41,699 nucleotides of DNA, from the IMG/VR virus record IMGVR_UViG_3300034053_000030, positions 1 to 41,699 of that record. One strand, given 5' to 3'. The DNA is from a virus. Taxonomy: Duplodnaviria; Caudoviricetes. Below are positions 9,308 through 17,833 of this stretch, piece by piece. Within the stretch, counting starts at the first letter, position 1, and each line of letters opens with the position of its first letter. The position numbers and the translations under genes were made by a program. The notes under the pieces are model-generated. The model did no database searches. It was not told the origin of the DNA and saw nothing but the letters and a program-made list of their open reading frames with translations.

Positions 9308-11689
9308 TCATTGCACAACCTCAACGCCGATCATGTCCCCGGTATCAGGATCGCGAATCACCCGGCGCGGCGCGGTCATTTGTGCCTGCATCCCGGTCAG
9401 TGCTTGTGCGAACTGCCCGCCCATGTCGGCCATCGCTTGCTGCATTTGTTGCATCATCGCGGTAAGGTTCTCGGCTTGCTGGCCGGCTTGTTGCGCCGTC
9501 GCCTGCTGGTCCTGTACGGCCTGCCCGGTCTGCGCTATGCCGAACATCTCTCGTGCCAAGGCAATACGTTCTTGACTGGCTAATTCTGCCTGCTTGTCGG
9601 CGCTTCTGATTCGCTCAATCTCGATCTTGGCAGCGGCGTCGGCCTCGGCTTTGATTCGGACCTCTTCGAGCCGGGCGGCGATTGCTTCCTGATCCGACGA
9701 CTGCCGGGCGTTGAACTCATCAACGGCTTTGCGCTTCTCCCAGTCGAAACGCTCACGTTCAAGGTCCATCTTGGCCGCGCTGCCCTCTGCTATCTGTTTC
9801 AGTTGGGCGTTTTCGGCCTGCAACTGTTCAAACATGGCCTTGCCCTGTTCGATTTGTTGCTGCACTTCCGGCGGGATGGCCGGCGGTTGTTCGCCTTCCT
9901 GTTTTTTCGGCAGGAAGGATTCAATATCAATCCGCTCATCAAACCGGCGCAAGGTTTCTTCAAGCAGCTTCATGGCGGTTTCGGCCATGTCTTGCTGTCC
10001 AGTCTCCCGCATTTGTCCAATCTGGGTAATGGCCTGCTGAATCTGCGGCAAGAGAGCGCCCCACTGTTCGCGTTCTTTGGCCTGGTTCGGTCGCCCGGTC
10101 GATCCGGCGCGAATCTCGATCGAGACCAGCCCGAAAACCTGCTCCCGGTTCATCTGCGGCCAAACAGCCTCAGGGCCGGCGATCCGCTTGACCTCTTCCA
10201 GCCCCATCTCTTGCAAACAAAGTTCGGCGGCGTAGTTCGCCATGTCGGCAATCCAGTCCTCCACCACATCTTGACGCTCGGCGACCCTCGACTGTAGGCC
10301 CTGCGCCATGATTTCTGCTTCGGTCGCGGTCTTGGCCTTATTGACGACACCCTTGGCGGCATCGCCAGCCCCAAGAACCATCTCGGCGTCTCGAAGGATC
10401 GGCTGAACGTCATAGGTCGCCGGGTCAATCGGCGGGTTCTGCATCACCGCAAGATCGTTTTGCAGCGGGGTATTCGGATCACCCTCGACAAGAATGATGT
10501 CGTTAGACCTCCGGTTTGTGATAGATAAAATATCTTTATCGGTCAGCGAGCCGCCCTTGCGAGCCAGCCGAACAGGCAGGTTTTCCTTGCGATGCTCCGA
10601 AAAGTTCGTGCGCGTGGTGCTGTATTCGTCCTGTAGCTCGATCAGAAGCTCAGCGTCGGAAAGCGGCTCCATGCGGCCATCGACCGGGTTGAACGCCAGC
10701 GCGAAGAACGAATAGAAGCGGCGACCAAGGGTCTGCGGCGTGTAGGGATCACGCGCCCATTCATCACACCCATTGCAGAGGGTATAGACGGTGTTATCGA
10801 TGCGGTTCCAGATTTCAAACACGGCGACCAGTTCAGCCTTGTTGTCGCTGGTGTTGCTGCTCCGGTCCTTTTTGTCTGACCCGTAGCGGCTCGCCTTCTT
10901 CGGCGGTTCTTTGCCGAACATTTCCTTGTACTTATCGACCGTCATCCAAACACGGTGCGCAATGGCTTCGGCCTGTTCGTAGGCATCAAAGTCATTTATG
11001 GCGTCATCAAGGATGAAAATGTCTTCCGTCAGCACGCGATCGATCACGATGCCAGACGCGGCGACGACTTCGGCCTGCGCTTGGAGTGCGGCCATTTGCT
11101 GATCAAGCTCAGCCTGCTTGGCTTCCAGCTCGCCCCGCGAATCGTCGCCGTCTTCGATGTCGCTGATCAGCTGGCGGATTTTCTGGATGTTGTCCTGCGT
11201 GTCGGCAATCCGATTTTCAATGATCGGGTCTTTGCGGATGTCCTTCTGCCAGCTGACCTTGGTCCAACCCATTGAGGTCGTCATCGCCGCACGAATCGCC
11301 GACTTGGCGCGCTTCTTCAGCTTGCCATCGGTCACAAAGGACCGATTCAGTACCGCCTGCATCGTCTTGCAGAACGGCCCGACCCACCCATAAGCGTTAC
11401 CGCCGGCGGCTTCGGTCGGAATTACCGATATTTCCGGGTTTTTGGCGTAAATCTGCGGCAGGATCGCGGCAAAGTTGGAATGAATGATGTTGGTTCGGAC
11501 TAATCCGCCCTTGCCATCGCTCCCCGCATCGCCACGAACGTATTGACGATTCTTCTTGTAGCGCTCTTCCTGTTTGGATTCGGTCTGCGCCTTGAGCGCG
11601 CTTTCGATGCGCTTGCTCCATTTGCGCGCCAATGCCTTCTGCTGGTCGCTCTGCTCTTCTTCGGCGGGATTCGTGGCGTAATCGCTCAT
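9308..11689 (-). CDS. portal protein
   Basis: 793 aa after TerL; KTATEAEI motif; Gln-rich coiled-coil C-terminus (P22-like barrel). Confidence 0.85.
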   Translation of the reverse strand: MSDYATNPAEEEQSDQQKALARKWSKRIESALKAQTESKQEERYKKNRQYVRGDAGSDGKGGLVRTNIIHSNFAAILPQIYAKNPEISVIPTEAAGGNAYGWVGPFCKTMQAVLNRSFVTDGKLKKRAKSAIRAAMTTSMGWTKVSWQKDIRKDPIIENRIADTQDNIQKIRQLISDIEDGDDSRGELEAKQAELDQQMAALQAQAEVVAASGIVIDRVLTEDIFILDDAINDFDAYEQAEAIAHRVWMTVDKYKEMFGKEPPKKASRYGSDKKDRSSNTSDNKAELVAVFEIWNRIDNTVYTLCNGCDEWARDPYTPQTLGRRFYSFFALAFNPVDGRMEPLSDAELLIELQDEYSTTRTNFSEHRKENLPVRLARKGGSLTDKDILSITNRRSNDIILVEGDPNTPLQNDLAVMQNPPIDPATYDVQPILRDAEMVLGAGDAAKGVVNKAKTATEAEIMAQGLQSRVAERQDVVEDWIADMANYAAELCLQEMGLEEVKRIAGPEAVWPQMNREQVFGLVSIEIRAGSTGRPNQAKEREQWGALLPQIQQAITQIGQMRETGQQDMAETAMKLLEETLRRFDERIDIESFLPKKQEGEQPPAIPPEVQQQIEQGKAMFEQLQAENAQLKQIAEGSAAKMDLERERFDWEKRKAVDEFNARQSSDQEAIAARLEEVRIKAEADAAAKIEIERIRSADKQAELASQERIALAREMFGIAQTGQAVQDQQATAQQAGQQAENLTAMMQQMQQAMADMGGQFAQALTGMQAQMTAPRRVIRDPDTGDMIGVEVVQ

Positions 11690-12000
11690 TGCATGGGCCT
11701 CATTTCGACCGTGGCCTGTAGCCCGGTGTTTGCGTCGTGGTGCCGTAGCGCGGCGATGGTGTCGCGCAGTCCGCCCGCTGCCAGTTGGTCGGCTTGAGAC
11801 GGTAGCGAGGCGCGGACAACGATGAACTCCCCATCGAACGATGAGCCATTCACGGAAAATATCCAGTAAGGCAGGCCCACCTCGGCGACAACGCGCTGCT
11901 CGGCGACTGGCTCAGGATCAACCAAAGCAAGCAGCTGCTCGGCGTTAAGAGAGGGCCGAGTCAGGCGAAGCCCGGTGATAATCTGAGAGAGTTCGTTCAT
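11686..12000 (-). CDS. hypothetical protein
   Basis: 104 aa; stop overlaps portal ATG (ATGA). Confidence 0.55.
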   Translation of the reverse strand: MNELSQIITGLRLTRPSLNAEQLLALVDPEPVAEQRVVAEVGLPYWIFSVNGSSFDGEFIVVRASLPSQADQLAAGGLRDTIAALRHHDANTGLQATVEMRPMQ

Positions 12001-12007
12001 GCGCGAT

Positions 12008-12040
12008 TTTATAGGCCAGAATGCTCAACACGACAAATTA
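12008..12040 (-). promoter_or_regulatory. putative late promoter motif, copy B
   Basis: TAATTTGTCGTGTTGA-N11-TATAAA in the TerL-portal intergenic gap. Confidence 0.55.
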
Positions 12041-12042
12041 TA

Positions 12043-13602
12043 TCATCTCGGCTTGACGCTACGGTATTTGCTGATCAAGTCCGGTTCGTCGGTCAATTCA
12101 AGCAAATGACCAAACGTCCCCGGCTTCGGGCGCTCTTCCACGGGGTCAGGAACCCGCGCATCGCGCATTTGATCAACGAAGCGGCCAATCAGCGAGCACA
12201 CATCGACGGCATCATCAAAAACCCCAACTGGAAAGGTGAGCAACTGGCGCTCTAGTCTGTCCGCCCACTCGGCGTTCCTCGGCAAATGCACCATGCCGCT
12301 CGAAACCATTGCCTGAAACGCCCGCGCCCGCGTCGGTTTATCGTGAATGCTCGGCAGCCACTCAAGGCGACAAAGCGACCGCCGCGCCTTCATCCGGCGC
12401 ATTAGGAACGGTTCGACGGCCCGGCGGATCGGCCCGGCCTCGCCCACCCATGCTAAGGGCTTCCACTTATCCACTAGATCAAGCTCTGTCTCAATCCACT
12501 CATCGGACGCCGTTTGACCAAACCACCAGTCGAGAATATAAAGCTCGCCTTCAGGATCAAGCCCAAAGACGCCATGTTCGGTGAAGTCGCCACCGTCTGC
12601 TGTAACCGCGTAGTCACTGGCCCCATAGGTGCGCAGGTGTTTCGGCGGCCTGTCGTATCGGTTAAGCTGATCTTTCTTGAAGTAGTCGCCAGAGTCGGCG
12701 ATCGGCACCTGCTGATAGAGCGCGGACCATGTGCGGGCCTGCTTTTTGAAGATGGCCCAGTGGCGGTCGGTAAACCACTGCGGCCAGAGGTACTCACCAA
12801 CTCCCCGCCCAAGAGGATCATCAGCGCGCTCGCATTGCGCCTGAAGGCTTAAAACGCGCCATGTTTGCCCGTCCCTGCAAAGAATATCACCGCTTTCGCC
12901 GGCCCAGTTCTCAGGAAGGATTCGCCCGGCAAGGTCGCCCATGCTCCATCGGGTCTGAATAATCACAATCCACCCGCCAGGGACCAGCCGGGTTAAAAGA
13001 TCATCCTGGTAAGCGTCGATTGTTTTTTTCTGGATCGTCTCGCTATCAGCATCCTCTCGCCCTTTAACCGGGTCATCGATGATCAGCCCGTGCGCCCGGT
13101 TCCCGGTGATGCCTGAAAGGATACCGCCGGCAAAGTATTCGGACCCGTTGGAAAGCGCCCACTCGTCTGCCGCGCTTGTCTCTGCGCTAATCCCTGCGCC
13201 GAAGATTGATTTGTAAGCCGATTGCCGGGCGATGTACCGCGCCCGCCTGCCGTGTCGCCTGGCTAAGTCGCTGCCGTAGCTGGCGAGGATGATTCGCCGG
13301 TCGGGGAACTTGCCCATGTACCACGTTGGCGCCACTACACTGCCATAGGTCGATTTTGCGCTGCCCGGCGGCATGAATACCATCAGCCGGCCGTGCGGGG
13401 TTTCCATTGTCTCCTGCAGCGCCTGAAGCAGGAGGCCATGATGCTCCGCAAGGCTGGTCTCAATCGGCCGAAAGAGCCATTCATCAGGGTCTTCGCTGGC
13501 TGGTTTGCCCGGAACTTCAACCGCGCTGGCAAATGCCCTAATATCTTCCCTTGCCCGCCGCCGCCTCAGTAACTCAACCGCCGCCGCTCGCTTGGTGATC
13601 AT
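12043..13602 (-). CDS. terL: terminase large subunit
   Basis: MPPGSAKST Walker A, LIIDDP Walker B, QTRW motif, C-terminal nuclease with DDAVD. Confidence 0.95.
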   Translation of the reverse strand: MITKRAAAVELLRRRRAREDIRAFASAVEVPGKPASEDPDEWLFRPIETSLAEHHGLLLQALQETMETPHGRLMVFMPPGSAKSTYGSVVAPTWYMGKFPDRRIILASYGSDLARRHGRRARYIARQSAYKSIFGAGISAETSAADEWALSNGSEYFAGGILSGITGNRAHGLIIDDPVKGREDADSETIQKKTIDAYQDDLLTRLVPGGWIVIIQTRWSMGDLAGRILPENWAGESGDILCRDGQTWRVLSLQAQCERADDPLGRGVGEYLWPQWFTDRHWAIFKKQARTWSALYQQVPIADSGDYFKKDQLNRYDRPPKHLRTYGASDYAVTADGGDFTEHGVFGLDPEGELYILDWWFGQTASDEWIETELDLVDKWKPLAWVGEAGPIRRAVEPFLMRRMKARRSLCRLEWLPSIHDKPTRARAFQAMVSSGMVHLPRNAEWADRLERQLLTFPVGVFDDAVDVCSLIGRFVDQMRDARVPDPVEERPKPGTFGHLLELTDEPDLISKYRSVKPR

Positions 13603-14072
13603 TGACCGTTGGCAATTGCCGCTAGTTCGTCATCGCTGCATTCGTGCGGGGTGGTTGGTGCGGCGTTGTTGTTTATCTGGATGGCAGTTTCGGGCGTCTT
13701 GCCGAGAACAGCTTCACGCCCCTTAAGAATTGTTTCAGCCCTGGCGCGGAAATCGTTTTGATTTGCACAGGGCTCTTTCATTGATTCCTGAACATTCTTG
13801 ATTGCTGCGTTGGTGAAAAACTGGATGTGTTTCGTCCGCTCCTGAACCTCGCGGTGAATGGCATTCACTTCGTATTCACTTTCGCCGGCAAGCTCTGTGT
13901 TGATGCGGGTTAGCGCATTCACTTTTTCAACGTGCTTGGGCTCGATTCCCTTGCACAATTTATTGATCGTGGCGGGAGATACTTCATAGCGCTTGGCAAG
14001 TTCGTTCTGTGATTTCCCTGCATGGAACTCGGCTAAAATATTCGCGCGTTGTTCGTCGTTCAGTCTTGCCAT
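13599..14072 (-). CDS. terS: terminase small subunit
   Basis: N-terminal HTH (SQNELAKRYEVSPATINK), directly upstream of and overlapping terL. Confidence 0.75.
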   Translation of the reverse strand: MARLNDEQRANILAEFHAGKSQNELAKRYEVSPATINKLCKGIEPKHVEKVNALTRINTELAGESEYEVNAIHREVQERTKHIQFFTNAAIKNVQESMKEPCANQNDFRARAETILKGREAVLGKTPETAIQINNNAAPTTPHECSDDELAAIANGQ

Positions 14073-14074
14073 GA

Positions 14075-14284
14075 TCACGCCACCATGATGGTTCGCCCAG
14101 ACTTGCCGGACACAAAGCGCCGAAGGACGATCTCGCCACGATCCGACGCACGTCTTAGGACTGCTCGCACGGTGTCAGGGCTTGCGCCGGTCTCCCTGGC
14201 CAGCTCTTCGACCGTCCGGTACATCTGGGCTTTGCTTAGGATGATCTTGGCCACCGTTGAAGGCCGCCCGGCTCTTTTATTCAT
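14075..14284 (-). CDS. small winged-HTH DNA-binding protein
   Basis: TVEELARETGASPDTVRAVLRR; GGAGG SD. Confidence 0.6.
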   Translation of the reverse strand: MNKRAGRPSTVAKIILSKAQMYRTVEELARETGASPDTVRAVLRRASDRGEIVLRRFVSGKSGRTIMVA

Positions 14285-14374
14285 TCCGCCTCCTGTGCAA
14301 GAAATAATGATAGCATACGCATACCTCCCGCCGCGAGTTTTCCTCCCTTTCCTCGCGGCTTTGCGCCCGCTGTG

Positions 14375-14402
14375 ATTATACCGGCGGGCGTTTTTCTTGC
14401 AG
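14375..14402 (-). promoter_or_regulatory. putative sigma70 promoter for packaging operon
   Basis: CTGCAA-16-TATAAT, pointing away from the attI-like element. Confidence 0.45.
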
Positions 14403-14515
14403 GGCTTGGCGGCTTAGTTATTTCTCCACAGGTTGACGGGTAAAGGCTTTGCGGTGCATATAACAGATTCCTAATGAGGTTATGCAGCAGTTTTGAGGTC
14501 TACATTGTGTTGGGC
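14396..14515 (+). other. attI-like recombination element, left
   Basis: Ends in GTTATGCAGCAG-N18-GTTGGGC core; aligns without gaps to 31839-31958 (minus). Confidence 0.7.
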
Positions 14516-14938
14516 GTCACGAGAATTCGCCCGTCACGTAATCCCACGTTCCCTCGCCATGACCCACGCAATAGCGCCCGTCGTTGTCGTGTCGTCGCGG
14601 AAACTCGCCGCGCCAAAGCCTGGCGGTAATTGTCAGCTCCATATCCGCAATGGAAACCTTCTCTCCGTATTCGTTGCGGATGAACGCCCCTGGGGCGGCC
14701 CACAGATTGCGCCAGTCGTCCAACGTGTTGATGTTGTCTTCAGGCATCACATGCAACGTGAAACACCAGCCGCCCGAGCTTTTGCCAATATGCAGCGGCT
14801 CAAACGGGCGTCCGCAGCATTCGCAGTCCGGCTTTTGGTGCAGGTAGTAGTTCGTTCCCATTCTCAATCCTTTCCGGGCAGTGACGCCAAACTGTTCATT
14901 TCACCGGACGGCCTTCGGCCGCTCGGTGAATTCCGGCG
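14510..14938 (+). mobile_element. integron-type gene cassette L1
   Basis: Starts G^TTGGGCGTCAC (14509-14520); its attC begins GTGACGCCAAAC (14881-14892), 11/12 complementary. Confidence 0.8.
14517..14861 (-). CDS. cassette L1 gene, hypothetical protein (114 aa)
   Basis: MGTNYYL..CECCG..LHIGKSSGGWCF; AAGGA SD; exactly fills the cassette. Confidence 0.75.
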   Translation of the reverse strand: MGTNYYLHQKPDCECCGRPFEPLHIGKSSGGWCFTLHVMPEDNINTLDDWRNLWAAPGAFIRNEYGEKVSIADMELTITARLWRGEFPRRHDNDGRYCVGHGEGTWDYVTGEFS

Positions 14939-14944
14939 TTGTGC
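14886..14944 (+). other. attC site L1 (59 bp)
   Basis: GCCAAAC-TGTTC-ATTTCACC...CGGCC-TTC-GGCCG...GGTGAAT-TCCGGC-GTTGTGC: R''-5-L''(8)...L'(7)-6-R'. Confidence 0.8.
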
Positions 14945-15299
14945 ACTTTCACTCGTCCCACATGTCGAGGTCAGCGCACACGGCATCCATGCCGGGCCTC
15001 GCCCTGTAGGTACAAAAATCGCCTTCGTGAATCCCGGTCACTTTCCGGTAAGCCTGCCCCGGCAAAATTCGCCACTTGTCGGCTTCGGCAGCCTCAACCA
15101 TCAACCGCTGCTCGCTCGTCTCGCATTCGGCAACAGTGTAGCCAGCGCGTCGCCACTGTTCGCTCGCGTCGCAGCGGTAATGCTTTTTCGCTATCACGAT
15201 CTTGTCGGTAAAAACCCGCTCCATCTCAACCTCCGTGCATAACATTACGGTCGAGGCGACCTGTCGCATAAAGCCGCGCCAGTCGCCTCACCTCCAGCG
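14939..15299 (+). mobile_element. integron-type gene cassette L2
   Basis: Starts G^TTGTGCAC; its attC begins GTGCATAAC (15235-15243), 8/9 complementary. Confidence 0.8.
14949..15224 (-). CDS. cassette L2 gene, hypothetical protein (91 aa)
   Basis: MERVFTDKIVIAKKHYRCDAS...; GGAGG SD; fills the cassette. Confidence 0.75.
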   Translation of the reverse strand: MERVFTDKIVIAKKHYRCDASEQWRRAGYTVAECETSEQRLMVEAAEADKWRILPGQAYRKVTGIHEGDFCTYRARPGMDAVCADLDMWDE

Positions 15300-15305
15300 T
15301 TATGC
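15237..15305 (+). other. attC site L2 (69 bp)
   Basis: GCATAAC-ATTAC-GGT(C)GAGG...CCTCACC-TCCAGC-GTTATGC, with canonical extrahelical base at L'' position 4. Confidence 0.85.
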
Positions 15306-15481
15306 TGCGTTTCACGATCAATCGTCGCCCGCAGCCATTCCGACCCGCCAAGCGCCTTGTAAACCGCTCCCTGGCGTATCCAGATGCGGGCGCATATCTG
15401 CTTTGTGGTCGCCATTGTGGCGCCGTCCTTGGCCTTGTTGCCGCTGTTCTGGCGCTTTCCTCCGCGTTTGGTTGCTGTCAT
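15245..15481 (-). CDS. small putative DNA-binding protein (RGG-R-x-x-G motif, RHH-like); runs into attC L2
   Basis: KRGGKRQNSGNK...YKALGGSEWLRATID. Confidence 0.55.
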   Translation of the reverse strand: MTATKRGGKRQNSGNKAKDGATMATTKQICARIWIRQGAVYKALGGSEWLRATIDRETQHNAGGEATGAALCDRSPRP

Positions 15482-15633
15482 CGAATCACCGCGCGAATCA
15501 CTTTAAGGCTGAACTTCAGTTCGATCAATCGGCCAAGGCTATACGGCACGGTGCCGCCGTTCGCATAAGCCAGTTTGACGATGCGCTTTGCTTCTTTGTC
15601 GGCTTCCGCCTGGCAATCGTAAAACTTGGTCAT
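15478..15633 (-). CDS. hypothetical protein
   Basis: MTKFYDCQAE..., coupled to neighbours by ATGA overlaps. Confidence 0.5.
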   Translation of the reverse strand: MTKFYDCQAEADKEAKRIVKLAYANGGTVPYSLGRLIELKFSLKVIRAVIR

Positions 15634-15827
15634 AACTGCACCACGCTTGCCGGTGTGTTTTGAACGCTTGAACCAGCAGAGCCGGCCCAAAAGGCATACA
15701 AAGCGGCGTCAGCGACGCTAGAAGCAATCGCGGCGGCTTCGGTGCTGAACTTGCCAAGAACAGCCGCGCCAGACACAACACAGAAGCTGCGGCCGATCTT
15801 CTTAACTTCGAGGTTGATGGTGGTCAT
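15630..15827 (-). CDS. hypothetical protein
   Basis: MTTINLEVKK..., AAGGAG SD. Confidence 0.6.
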   Translation of the reverse strand: MTTINLEVKKIGRSFCVVSGAAVLGKFSTEAAAIASSVADAALYAFWAGSAGSSVQNTPASVVQL

Positions 15828-15862
15828 GTTCGCCGCTCCTTGTGTTGTTGTGCTCCGATGCC

Positions 15863-16090
15863 TCAATTATATATCAAGCATTCAGGAGCGCAAGGACTTT
15901 CGTATATATTTTCAAAATACTTTCGCGCACGCCGATCCCGCATACAGCCTCGAAACGCCGCCCGGAGTCGCTTGGCCTCGCCATGGTCGCTCGACTGTTC
16001 GCGCATCAGGGCCAGCCGAGTGCGCGCCTGCTCGCTCCAAAACGCCCGGTTAGCGGCGGCGTCTGTCGATATTGCGTCAAACGTGGTCAT
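15863..16090 (-). CDS. hypothetical protein
   Basis: MTTFDAIS..., ATGA-coupled. Confidence 0.4.
   Translation of the reverse strand: MTTFDAISTDAAANRAFWSEQARTRLALMREQSSDHGEAKRLRAAFRGCMRDRRARKYFENIYESPCAPECLIYN
15866..15893 (-). promoter_or_regulatory. sigma70-like promoter driving small genes and the left cassette genes
   Basis: TTGCGC-16-TATAAT in an AT-rich patch. Confidence 0.6.
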
Positions 16091-16284
16091 GGCTGTTCGC
16101 ATCCCGCGCATTTCGGATCATCCGCCCGCCGGTCGTATTTGCATTCGACACTTCCCCGGTTCTCAATCCGCACCAGTCGGTCAAAGTACCTCCCATCCGG
16201 TAAATATTGCCGGTCGGGGGCGTAGTAACCGGACTGGCGGACCTTGGCCTTGCACGCGGCGTGGTGGTCGGATTGGCCGGTCAT
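16087..16284 (-). CDS. hypothetical Cys-containing protein
   Basis: 65 aa, coupled ORF. Confidence 0.5.
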   Translation of the reverse strand: MTGQSDHHAACKAKVRQSGYYAPDRQYLPDGRYFDRLVRIENRGSVECKYDRRADDPKCAGCEQP

Positions 16285-16493
16285 TTTGGCTTAATCCGCC
16301 ACTCAGCAAACGGAAAAACAGCGTCTGCGCTGTTTCCTCCTGACATTCGCTTTTCGATTAAGCCATTATTAGCGAGTGTGGTTGCTGATGCCGCTGCCGC
16401 GCCGTGTTTTCTTAGCGCCTCATAACAAATCCACCCTCCGCAGTCTGACAAAACATCAATTACCTTTTTTTGTGCCGCTGTCAGTTTGTCCAT
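16281..16493 (-). CDS. small winged-helix-like protein
   Basis: MDKLTAAQKKVIDVL...LANNGLIEK; AGGAG SD. Confidence 0.5.
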   Translation of the reverse strand: MDKLTAAQKKVIDVLSDCGGWICYEALRKHGAAAASATTLANNGLIEKRMSGGNSADAVFPFAEWRIKPK

Positions 16494-16669
16494 TTTTTCT
16501 GCTCCTGTGTGCGTCCTGTATCGGCCATTCGCAGCAACTCGGCGGCGAGGTCCATTGCTCGTTCCCATCCAAAACAAAAAGCGTCAATCTCTGCTTTGCT
16601 TTTGTTCTGGCTATACATCCACTTTTGCAGCGCGATTTCTCGCTCTTGATCTATTCCGTCGTCGCTCAT
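16481..16669 (-). CDS. hypothetical protein
   Basis: 62 aa, coupled ORF. Confidence 0.5.
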   Translation of the reverse strand: MSDDGIDQEREIALQKWMYSQNKSKAEIDAFCFGWERAMDLAAELLRMADTGRTQEQKKWTN

Positions 16670-16932
16670 TTCCCTATCTCCTTAAGTGCATCTGCCCGCA
16701 ACCGATCAGCTGCCGCCTGGCCGCGATGCTTCGCCACCTGAACCAGAAACGCCTTCACGGCCTCGCCGCCTTCGGTTTGATACTTCGCCACTACGGAGCG
16801 GACTTCGCAGGCGTGGCGAAAGTTCTCGACCTGAATAGCGGCTATTGCCTCGGCCTGTTCTTTCGGCAAACCGCCCTCTATTTCGCAAATTGCGGCTCGT
16901 TCGTCGAATATCTCAGCAAATAGATCACTCAT
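16666..16932 (-). CDS. hypothetical protein (FDERAAI-E-EGGL family common after primase genes)
   Basis: EIFDERAAICEIEGGLPKEQAE. Confidence 0.6.
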   Translation of the reverse strand: MSDLFAEIFDERAAICEIEGGLPKEQAEAIAAIQVENFRHACEVRSVVAKYQTEGGEAVKAFLVQVAKHRGQAAADRLRADALKEIGK

Positions 16933-17833
16933 CGGCCCAATCCGTCCCTTCTTTTTCTGGAATTTTAACGCTTACGTCGAAGCCTGCGGCCTTGAGTTTC
17001 TTTGCCAGCGAATAGGCCGACGCCTGTCCGGTAAAAGATCGATCGTTGTCGCCAAAGACCGTTACCCGCTTTACTGTGTCAGGGGGGCGCCATTTCTCCA
17101 TCCCGCCGGCCGTAATCGCTGACCAGACCGGGAATCCGAACTTCCGACATGCAACTAGCGCCGTTTCTATCCCCTCGGCAATTCCAATCTCCTCGCCGGG
17201 ATCACCAATCCGAACCGCCGCGCCGGAAATATCCCCGCCCGCAAGTAGCTTCTTCTGGCTTTCGACTGGCGCCTTGGCTCCTTCTGCGGTCAAGTAGATG
17301 CGATGCACGGCCACGCCTTTACCTTCGGCACTCATCACAACCGCCACCAGCGCAGGATAATGCGTCACCTCGCCATCATCGACATAGGCCAGCGCAGGAT
17401 GAAAGCGGAGCGAGGTAGGAATCACCACCTCGCCCGCTCTTGCGCGGATGTACCGGAACGCCGGGTCTCCTGGCGCGATCCGTATCGAGTCCTGCCAAAT
17501 CTTCTTCACTGCGGCCAACTTCTGCGCGTTCTCTGGCGCTACCGTTTCATTGACAGTCTGCCGAACCACCCCGGCAATCAACTGGACCTCTCGCGCGGCT
17601 TCCTTGAACGTCCAGCCCTTGAACAACTCCAGCAGCTTGTAACCGTCGCCGCTTCCGCATTGGTTGCAAATCCACGTTCCCCGGCTTTCCCGGTCATCGA
17701 ACCGGAATCTGTCTTTTCCGCCACAGATCGGGCAAGGGCCGTGCTTGTTGCGAAGGAACTGCGACTCGATCCCGAACGAGGCCAGCAGTCCCGGCCACCT
17801 GCCTGTGGCAATCTCTGCCGCGCTAGGCCGCAT
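16925..17833 (-). CDS. DNA primase (Zn-binding + Toprim, P4 alpha-like)
   Basis: HGPCPICGGKDRFRFDD, CNQCG, IAEGIETA, GDND, DWAD. Confidence 0.9.
   Translation of the reverse strand: MRPSAAEIATGRWPGLLASFGIESQFLRNKHGPCPICGGKDRFRFDDRESRGTWICNQCGSGDGYKLLELFKGWTFKEAAREVQLIAGVVRQTVNETVAPENAQKLAAVKKIWQDSIRIAPGDPAFRYIRARAGEVVIPTSLRFHPALAYVDDGEVTHYPALVAVVMSAEGKGVAVHRIYLTAEGAKAPVESQKKLLAGGDISGAAVRIGDPGEEIGIAEGIETALVACRKFGFPVWSAITAGGMEKWRPPDTVKRVTVFGDNDRSFTGQASAYSLAKKLKAAGFDVSVKIPEKEGTDWADE

Noticed and set aside
14886-15305. attC hairpins as simple terminators or a CRISPR array
   Set aside because: No U-tracts, repeats are not identical, and the spacers are whole genes; R/L box spacing fits attC
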